DNA of 32,000 bases from Desulfocapsa sulfexigens DSM 10523. Lineage in GTDB: Bacteria > Desulfobacterota > Desulfobulbia > Desulfobulbales > Desulfocapsaceae. The position numbers and the translations under genes were made by a program. Below, piece after piece: positions 1 to 7,350 of this stretch. How positions within the stretch are numbered: position 1 is the stretch's first letter; every line of letters starts with the position of its first letter. The notes under the pieces were generated by a model that did not search any database, was not told where the DNA came from, and saw nothing but the letters and a program-made list of their open reading frames with translations. The stretch covers positions 4,752 to 36,751 of the forward strand of contig NC_020305.1 of assembly GCF_000341395.1 (NCBI RefSeq), read 5' to 3'.

Positions 1-1
1 A

Positions 2-199
2 CCTAATATCTTGACTTTTCAGCATCATATGGAGTACACAAAAAGGTATTTAATAGCCCTAATTAATTCCAGAAAAGATCTTATAGGATCAGAAATCACC
101 CAAATTGCACTAAATGGAATGAGTCAGGATTTGGATAGCAGTTATGCTGGAAGACTACTTTTGAAGTTCCTAGCCCAACACAGAAATTTAAATCAATAA
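2..199 (+). CDS. C-terminal part of an ORF that may continue off the left edge; unknown function
   Basis: Frame is open from the window edge; only TTG/ATG-type internal starts; stop at 197-199 just upstream of the biosynthetic-looking operon. Confidence 0.4.
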   Translation, partial: PNILTFQHHMEYTKRYLIALINSRKDLIGSEITQIALNGMSQDLDSSYAGRLLLKFLAQHRNLNQ

Positions 200-236
200 A
201 GACCATCAACACATTTAATAGATCGAAGGAGAAATC

Positions 237-1175
237 ATGCCTGCTAAGCCTATCGTTGCAATCAAAGTTGGAGATCACCTTATACAGCCATGGATTGACA
301 GAATGACTCCATTGCTTCCGGAGTTTGACTTTATTTCATGGCATGATAATCCTGACCAGGATCTTGTAGAATACGTTATTGGCTGGTGTCCTGATGCTAG
401 GTGGATAAACGGCTTTCCAAATATTAAAGCTGTCGTTTCTGTGGGTTCGGGTGTAGATCATATCATTCACCTAGATGAATTAAAAGATACTATCCCAGTA
501 ATAAGGACAGTTTCAGACGATCTTATTCAAAGAGTGCGAGAGTTTGCAGCGCTTAGCGTTTTATCCTGGCATCGACAATTCCCTCAAATAATAGAAAATA
601 ATAGCATTAGAGAATGGAAAAGATTCTCAATGGAAACCTCTAGCTATTATAAAGTTGGTGTAATGGGCTATGGTTCTATGGGCAAAGCCGTTGCGGAAAC
701 ATTATCGTCACTTGGTTACAATGTTTCAGTTTGGGCAAATAGTAAGCGAGATCTTCCTTACAATTATTACTATGGACGGGACAGTCTTAGTAAATTCGCA
801 AAAGATTTGGACATCCTGATCTGCTTACTCCCACTAACCAATGAAACAGAGAACATCCTCAATGAAGAATTAATGAGAAGTATGAATCAGGGAGGATGTG
901 TTATTAATTTTGCAAGGGGAGCACATTTAGTAGATGATGACCTATTCAAAGTCTTAGATGATAGTCATTTATCAGCAGCCTACCTTGATGGATTTAGAGA
1001 AGAACCTCTTCCCTATAATTCCAAATTTCTTTCCCACGAGAAAGTAATCGTCACCTTTCATTCAGCAGGGTACATTTCACCTGACATTGGCCCTAAAGTT
1101 ATAGCTGCAAATATCCAAAAGTTTGAGCGTAATGAAACGCCATGGCCTATGTATAATAGAGAAAAAGGATTCTAA
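237..1175 (+). CDS. D-isomer specific 2-hydroxyacid dehydrogenase-like protein (NAD-binding)
   Basis: 312-aa ORF; GVMGYGSMGKAVAETLSSLGYNVSVWA Rossmann motif, LDILICLLPLTNETENILN and GGCVINFARGAHLVDDDLFKVL are typical of this family. Confidence 0.9.
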   Translation: MPAKPIVAIKVGDHLIQPWIDRMTPLLPEFDFISWHDNPDQDLVEYVIGWCPDARWINGFPNIKAVVSVGSGVDHIIHLDELKDTIPVIRTVSDDLIQRVREFAALSVLSWHRQFPQIIENNSIREWKRFSMETSSYYKVGVMGYGSMGKAVAETLSSLGYNVSVWANSKRDLPYNYYYGRDSLSKFAKDLDILICLLPLTNETENILNEELMRSMNQGGCVINFARGAHLVDDDLFKVLDDSHLSAAYLDGFREEPLPYNSKFLSHEKVIVTFHSAGYISPDIGPKVIAANIQKFERNETPWPMYNREKGF

Positions 1176-1176
1176 T

Positions 1177-2082
1177 ATGGCTAATTGGCAGCTTCTAGTC
1201 CAAGCCCCTAGTACAGGTTTTCTACTTTCAGTTGTTGGAGTCGCTATAAGCCTTATTGGAACAACCGTAGGTATCTATACATTACTAAAGGTAAAAAAAG
1301 TAGTAAAGGCCCAGATTGAGGAGAGAAAGCTAACGCAAGAGTTGCTTGATGTAGATCAAATAGAGAAAGATCTAAGACGAGTTGTTTCTAAACTAATGCA
1401 GGTTAATGACCACGACTCGGTTTCGCTCGCTAACGCACTCTCACAACGTTTGGGGGCAATCCAGGGTACAAGGAGAGTAATTGATCATGGTGCATCAGCT
1501 TGCGGTTGTGCATCGGGCGATGCTGTTTCCATTAAAACTGGTTTTTTCTGTTCGACACATGTTGATGATTTCATAGAACAAAGCACCTCTCGTATTGACC
1601 TCATGACTGGTAGTACAAGGCTAATAGCAGGGTATTTTACTATGGACAAGATCAAACAGGCATGTGAACGTGGTGTCAAGGTCCGGATAGTTGGGCTATC
1701 CCCCGAGGCACCTGATGATATTTTATTAGATGCAGCAAAAACTGTCTCAAAGCCAGCCCCTGAAACAGCCGAAGACTATCGTAACCTTATAAAGGCAAAC
1801 CACAACGAAATTAGCAAGGTCGTAAACTCTTGGCCTGCACAAACAAAAGAACGATTTGAATACCGGGAGAATTTTGGTGTCCCCAGGGTATCTATTGCAA
1901 AATCAGATGATGTAATATGCTTAGGTTTCTTACAATTGTTTAGAGATGCCCAGCCTGAAAAAATCAACGATAGGCAATACATCAAGATTCCCCAAGATTC
2001 AGAGTTGGGAAGTGTAGTAATGAAACACTTTGAGCAGGGTTGGAGTGAAAGTAAGAAAATCATACCAGCAAAAAGCGGATAA
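1177..2082 (+). CDS. Membrane-anchored protein with possible phospholipase D-like domain
   Basis: ATG at 1177 directly after the upstream stop; N-terminal TM segment FLLSVVGVAISLIGTTVGIYTLL followed by a charged coiled region; SRIDLMTGSTRLIAGYFTMDKIKQACERGVKVRIVGLSP resembles PLD-type strand layout. No complete HKD motif was identified. Confidence 0.55.
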   Translation: MANWQLLVQAPSTGFLLSVVGVAISLIGTTVGIYTLLKVKKVVKAQIEERKLTQELLDVDQIEKDLRRVVSKLMQVNDHDSVSLANALSQRLGAIQGTRRVIDHGASACGCASGDAVSIKTGFFCSTHVDDFIEQSTSRIDLMTGSTRLIAGYFTMDKIKQACERGVKVRIVGLSPEAPDDILLDAAKTVSKPAPETAEDYRNLIKANHNEISKVVNSWPAQTKERFEYRENFGVPRVSIAKSDDVICLGFLQLFRDAQPEKINDRQYIKIPQDSELGSVVMKHFEQGWSESKKIIPAKSG

Positions 2083-2127
2083 CATAAATATTTCCTGTGG
2101 TTCTTCGCACTTTCTGAGGACAACATC

Positions 2128-3057
2128 ATGGCCAGTTTTGCATTTTTCTTGGATCCGCTTGATACTTTATCCTTAGACAAGGATTCAACCTTACAGATAA
2201 TAAAGCAAGGATATTTAAAAGGTCATGATGTCGCCGTATTTCATGATAAGGATCTAATAGTCCGAGATGGTGCTGTTATTATCAACTCAAGAATTATTGA
2301 TTTTACAGCAGAAACACTCTCGGCACAGGTTGATTGCAAAAAAGATATTACTGACTTCGATATACTTTTTGTTCGCAGGGACCCACCAGTAACCATTGAA
2401 TTCTACACTAGTTTAAGCATACTCTCATCAATCGAAGCTAATATCCCCTGTATAAACTCTCCTTCTTCTATTTTAACCTTTCCCGAAAAAATTGGGCCTA
2501 CCACCTTTAAACAACTACACCCTCCAACATTAATTTCCAGTAATCTTTCCGAAATCTATGACTTTAAAAAAGAACATGGAGCTGTCGTAGTAAAACCGTT
2601 ATACAATTACTGTGGAAATGGGGTTTATATTAGTTTACAAAATGATCGAAATTTCAACTCTATCCTCTCACTGTTCAAAATGAACAGTAATACGCCTATA
2701 TTATTGCAGAAATTCATAGAAGACGTTTCAGACGGCGACAGACGGATCATAATGCTAGGTGGTGAACCCGTAGGTGCCATAAACCGTAAGGCAAGCCCCA
2801 ATGATTTTAGATGCAATATGTTTGCTGGTGGAACCCCAACACTTCATAACCTATCGTCGACCGAATTAGAAATGTGTGCCCAAATAAGCCCGATACTGAC
2901 TGAAAGAGGTCTACATCTAGTTGGAATTGATATTATTGGCAACTATATAACAGAAATTAATACAACCGCACCTACAGGTATATTTCAAATTGCCGACCTT
3001 GGTGGCCCGAATCTATGTGCTACAATAATTGACTACGCAGAAACGCTAATAAAATGA
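2128..3057 (+). CDS. Glutathione synthetase-like (GshB-type) ATP-grasp ligase
   Basis: 309 aa; FVRRDPP, INSPSSILTFPEKI, AVVVKPLYNYCGNGVY, QKFIEDVSDGDRRIIMLGGEPVGAINRK and HLVGIDIIGNYITEINTTAPTG match GshB-like ATP-grasp motifs. Confidence 0.88.
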   Translation: MASFAFFLDPLDTLSLDKDSTLQIIKQGYLKGHDVAVFHDKDLIVRDGAVIINSRIIDFTAETLSAQVDCKKDITDFDILFVRRDPPVTIEFYTSLSILSSIEANIPCINSPSSILTFPEKIGPTTFKQLHPPTLISSNLSEIYDFKKEHGAVVVKPLYNYCGNGVYISLQNDRNFNSILSLFKMNSNTPILLQKFIEDVSDGDRRIIMLGGEPVGAINRKASPNDFRCNMFAGGTPTLHNLSSTELEMCAQISPILTERGLHLVGIDIIGNYITEINTTAPTGIFQIADLGGPNLCATIIDYAETLIK

Positions 3058-4124
3058 GCTATCCAACAAATACATCAGACATTGAGGTTCCATTTCTCAA
3101 AATTTCAGGCTCTCCCAAAGAAATGGGCCTAACTCATGGAGAAACATATCGTAATTTAATAGGAACTCTCTTCGAAATACGCCATGAATTACTCTTAAAA
3201 GGTGCCAAAGGATCTGATGAAAATAAAATTGAAGACATAGCGTATTCTTTCTGGAAATATATCAGCAATTTTGACAAGCCCTTAGCAATAGAATTGGAAT
3301 CAACAGCCAAAGCAGCGAATATTCTTCCATGGAAGCTGGTTGTTGCAGGTGGTTTCACTGATCTTATGGATGCGCTTTCAACTACTATTCATCCAGATTA
3401 TCATGAATGCACCGTTGCCATCGACCCTGCCAAAGGCTTCATCGCTGGAACATGGGACAGCCACCCCGAAGCAGGAGAAGCACTAATCCTGTTAGAACGA
3501 CACCCGAATAACGGCCCTGCAACTCTAGCCCTCACAACAGCTGGCTGGCCATGTCAACAAGGCCTCAATAGTTATGGTGTTGGATTTGCGATTACCAATC
3601 TCACCCCAAACAAATCTTCAAAACATGGCCTAGTTTATATTGCTGCTAATGCTTTCTTAGGAACAGCACAAAGTACATCTCACATCTTAAACCAGCTAAA
3701 AACAGAAACTTATTGCTCAGGCCATTCTTACATTGTTCTTGATAGAACTGGATCTGGTGCAATTATGGAAACAACCAACACCACAACTAATATTTTACAA
3801 ATTAACTCTCTCACCACCAAGGCTAATCATTACCTATCTGGGCCACAAAGCATTGATAACAACAGTAATTATCTCTACTATGACTACAGTATTTCACGTG
3901 AAAAGGAATTACATGAGAACATATCCCAAATGGCTAATGCACAAGATTTTCCTAGTTGCCTCTTTAATTCTCAGAAAGTCAATCGTACTGATAGTTCTCA
4001 GGTAGCTATCACTTGCGCACATTTTCTAATTTCGGTAATCGATAATACGATTTGGTACGCAAAAGGCCCTGCTCTTCCTCCTCTAAAATATCAGATGCTA
4101 TCAAAAACATTAAGTGACGAGTAA
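3054..4124 (+). CDS. C45-type (isopenicillin N acyltransferase-like) autoproteolytic NTN acyltransferase/hydrolase
   Basis: 356 aa; N-terminal ISGSPKEMGLTHGE, candidate nucleophile Cys in YHECTVAIDPAKGFIAGTWDSHPE, and GLNSYGVGFAITNL. Start overlaps the upstream stop (ATGA). Confidence 0.75.
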   Translation: MSYPTNTSDIEVPFLKISGSPKEMGLTHGETYRNLIGTLFEIRHELLLKGAKGSDENKIEDIAYSFWKYISNFDKPLAIELESTAKAANILPWKLVVAGGFTDLMDALSTTIHPDYHECTVAIDPAKGFIAGTWDSHPEAGEALILLERHPNNGPATLALTTAGWPCQQGLNSYGVGFAITNLTPNKSSKHGLVYIAANAFLGTAQSTSHILNQLKTETYCSGHSYIVLDRTGSGAIMETTNTTTNILQINSLTTKANHYLSGPQSIDNNSNYLYYDYSISREKELHENISQMANAQDFPSCLFNSQKVNRTDSSQVAITCAHFLISVIDNTIWYAKGPALPPLKYQMLSKTLSDE

Positions 4125-4125
4125 A

Positions 4126-5808
4126 ATGAAAATAGCAATTATATTCCCACCAATTTTTGACCCTTCAATGCCATACTTGGCACCTTTTCAGCTGAAATCT
4201 TACATAAAAAAGCGTAGACCTTCATGTGAAATAGATGTCTGCGACCTAAACATTCTTTTCTTTAATAGCATTGTAAATAACCCATACAAAAATTTTAACT
4301 ACAGTTTAAACAATACCTCGTCATATGAATCAATTATTACATGTGAAAGCAGTATCACAAGCGCGTTATCTAATTGGTCTCAAACCCATGGCGTTGAAAT
4401 AACAAGACAAAGTGCTGACTATTTTTTTGATACCAGCAATTCTGAAGGCTATGAATCATTTTTAGAAAATACGACACCATTTGAAAACTACCTAAGCAAC
4501 CTTATAATCAATCATATTGACATTCCAAAATATGATCTTTTCTTCTTCTCTATTACTTCTTATGAACAGCTCCTCCCCTCTTTAATCCTGTCTAAAATTG
4601 TAAAGTCGATGAACAAAACGACGAATATTTGCCTTGGGGGAAATATTATATCAAGAATTTTCAAAGGGCTCCTTAATAGTCCCCTGCTAACTTCTATTGA
4701 TTTCCTTGTCATTAAAGAAGGAGAACTACCTAGCGTAAATCTTGTCGATTATCTATCAAATCGTAAGCCTGGTAACCTAACCAATAGTCTCATTGAAGTT
4801 TCAACCAAAAAAGTTATCGACAGAACTCAGAAATCTAAAATTTTTGAAATAGACCAAATTCCTACTATTGAATTTAACGAAGAAGAGTTAGGCTTATATT
4901 TCTCACCTGAACCTGTGATACCAATTTCATTGGCTAGGGGTTGCAGCTGGGGAAAGTGTTCATATTGCGGCATTCACACGGTATGGGGTTCCGGATATCG
5001 AACAAAGCTCCCCATTAAACTTGCTAATGAAATTGAGAATCACAAAAGAAGGTATTCAACTAATAATTTCCGCTTAATTGACGAATCTCCTGCAATCAAA
5101 GACCTACTTAAACTCTCCGACGAACTAATCAGTAAAAACCTTGAAGTCAACATCGAAACTTATTTAAACCTAAGCTCAGCACTTTCAGATCGAGAAACAA
5201 CAAATACACTTTACGAAGCAGGATTCAACCAGCTATTTCTTGGAATTGAAAGTTTGAACAAGGAATTATTGACAGAAATTGGTAAATCCATAAATCACCC
5301 CAACCGGTATGCTGATTTACTTGAAAGTACACACGAAGCAGGGATATCAAACTATTCCTTCCTTATGGTTGGCCTACCTAATGATTCAATCAATAATGAA
5401 TTAGAAGTTGAGAAGTTTGTACTTTCAAATAGTGACATTGATACAATAGCTATTTCAAGCTTTATACCACTCAGCAACTCACCAATGTATTCAGACATCA
5501 GCTTTCAATCCAAACACGGTATCAAGTTTACACCCAGGGGGCCATTGACAACTAGGTGTGATTACAAAACAAATAACAGAGACGTCAGTGAAGAAACCAA
5601 TAATAGAGCCAAGGCAATGGCTAATCGGATCTTCATAGGACGAAGAGATCTCTGCCTCTCTAGCAATATCCCCTATGAATCCCGGTTTTATTTAATCAAT
5701 AAATTTGGAAACAATTGCTTTAAGGACTTAGCAAAAGCCACCAGTTTCAGTTTTAATGAACCTCTGATAAGTACAGAGCTAGACGGCAGGCTTACTGGCC
5801 TAAAATAA
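4126..5808 (+). CDS. B12-binding-type radical SAM enzyme
   Basis: N-terminal MKIAIIFPPIFDPSMPYLAPFQLKSYI cobalamin-binding-like domain, INICLGGNI, radical SAM motif RGCSWGKCSYCGIH (CxxxCxxC). ATG at 4126 is 2 nt after the previous stop. Confidence 0.88.
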   Translation: MKIAIIFPPIFDPSMPYLAPFQLKSYIKKRRPSCEIDVCDLNILFFNSIVNNPYKNFNYSLNNTSSYESIITCESSITSALSNWSQTHGVEITRQSADYFFDTSNSEGYESFLENTTPFENYLSNLIINHIDIPKYDLFFFSITSYEQLLPSLILSKIVKSMNKTTNICLGGNIISRIFKGLLNSPLLTSIDFLVIKEGELPSVNLVDYLSNRKPGNLTNSLIEVSTKKVIDRTQKSKIFEIDQIPTIEFNEEELGLYFSPEPVIPISLARGCSWGKCSYCGIHTVWGSGYRTKLPIKLANEIENHKRRYSTNNFRLIDESPAIKDLLKLSDELISKNLEVNIETYLNLSSALSDRETTNTLYEAGFNQLFLGIESLNKELLTEIGKSINHPNRYADLLESTHEAGISNYSFLMVGLPNDSINNELEVEKFVLSNSDIDTIAISSFIPLSNSPMYSDISFQSKHGIKFTPRGPLTTRCDYKTNNRDVSEETNNRAKAMANRIFIGRRDLCLSSNIPYESRFYLINKFGNNCFKDLAKATSFSFNEPLISTELDGRLTGLK

Positions 5809-6123
5809 CAAGATAAATAAATCTACGGAAAATAGAGTTGTTAACTGTTCAGCCGCAATCGCATAGCACTATATTTTGTAAACAGGAGCGTTAGGATTAC
5901 AATTTAAGTTTAAATCATGTGTTTCTTCCAAATAACCATTCTATTTTACCTTTCGTTATCTTAAGGTAAGGTCTCTGCGTAGGCACTGTCTTCAAATCTA
6001 AATCATCCTTCATACAAGCCTTCCAATGCAATTGATATTCATCTTGATATTCCACTCCTATTATGTTCTATGATTTATATGCCAACAATATCAACAATCA
6101 GAAGAATGATAAAAGGTGTATAA

Positions 6124-6756
6124 ATGATAGTGGCAATAGTTAACCAAAAAGGCGGCACGGGCAAAACCACGATAGCCGTCAACCTCGCTTTTGGAACCGC
6201 TAACGCAAAATATCCTACCGCCCTGGTCGATGCCGATACCCAGGCAACCTGTCTCCATTTTTATGGTAACCAGGACATAGAAAACCTTACCGTCTGTTCT
6301 GCCGGTGATGATGTCCGGGAAACGGTGCAACAGTTGAGCAAGGATCACCGCTTTGTTTTTATAGACACAGCCCCTCACGATAACGATTCCATGTACCTTG
6401 CCATGGTCACTGCTGATCTGATAATCATCCCCACCAGACCACGGCCCTTTGATCTTCACTCCTCGGAAAAGGTAGTGGAGATGCTCCGGAGTATCGAGAA
6501 CGAGTATGGCTACACGCCCTGCTATTTCCTCCTCAATCAAGTAAAACACGGTACCATTCTCGGCAGGGAAACCCTGGATTATATCCAGCACAACTTTGAA
6601 CTGCCTGTCCTGAAAACCCAGATCCATGATTATGAGATTTACGGACAGGCGCCATTATCCGGACAATCCGTATTCCTCTACGCACCCAAGCATAAAGCAG
6701 CTCAAGAGTTGAGAAACCTGCTGCGAGAGATGAACAAAATATACAAATCTCAATAA
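6124..6756 (+). CDS. parA: ParA family partition ATPase
   Basis: MIVAIVNQKGGTGKTTIAVNLAFGTA deviant Walker A, LVDADTQATCLHF, FIDTAPHDNDSMYLAMVTADLIIIPTRP. Confidence 0.95.
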   Translation: MIVAIVNQKGGTGKTTIAVNLAFGTANAKYPTALVDADTQATCLHFYGNQDIENLTVCSAGDDVRETVQQLSKDHRFVFIDTAPHDNDSMYLAMVTADLIIIPTRPRPFDLHSSEKVVEMLRSIENEYGYTPCYFLLNQVKHGTILGRETLDYIQHNFELPVLKTQIHDYEIYGQAPLSGQSVFLYAPKHKAAQELRNLLREMNKIYKSQ

Positions 6757-6860
6757 TGATATATGACACATAAATATTATATATGTTTTATGGCATTTAA
6801 AACCCAACTATGATATATAAAATATAAATCATTCATATAATTATAGACAGGAGGTAATCC

Positions 6861-7130
6861 ATGGGCTTGCTCGACAGCACAGTGATGAAGCAGAAAAAAC
6901 CAATCAGCAAGAGCAGTGAAGAAATATTAGCTGCCAGGCGTAAAACCACTCCGACTGTAAAAGGCAAGGCCGGGAGACCTGCCAAGTACCCAAGAGATGA
7001 AAACACCAAGCGCATGAATGTGTTTATCCCTGGTGATATCCACAAACAGCTCAGACAGGCGAGTGTCGATTTGGATGCTTCGATGAATGAAATTATTGTT
7101 GATGCTTTACTGGCAAAGTTCAAGAAGTGA
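6861..7130 (+). CDS. Small basic ribbon-helix-helix-like protein, likely the ParB-type partner of ParA
   Basis: 89 aa, basic N-terminus, C-terminal KRMNVFIPGDIHKQLRQASVDLDASMNEIIVDALLAKFKK is RHH-like; follows parA after a short AT-rich spacer. Confidence 0.75.
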   Translation: MGLLDSTVMKQKKPISKSSEEILAARRKTTPTVKGKAGRPAKYPRDENTKRMNVFIPGDIHKQLRQASVDLDASMNEIIVDALLAKFKK

Positions 7131-7350
7131 GGCACAGGGGGGACAATAAGATCCTGGCTACTATTGAACAAGTGGAGTGGGCCAGAAACATACTCTCCAT
7201 ACCGATACTATAACGAATATGCGGCGGAACACTTTAGAGAAGAAATTTAACAAAAACATATTTGTTTAGGTTTTTATTTTTAACACAAGAGAAATATGTT
7301 GAATATTATTTTACAACATGAAAAATTCACATCAACAGTTACATGTATCT

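Noticed and set aside
6091-6627. 178-aa minus-strand ORF antisense to parA
   Set aside because: Fully antisense to a confidently assigned ParA; no domain and no supporting context.
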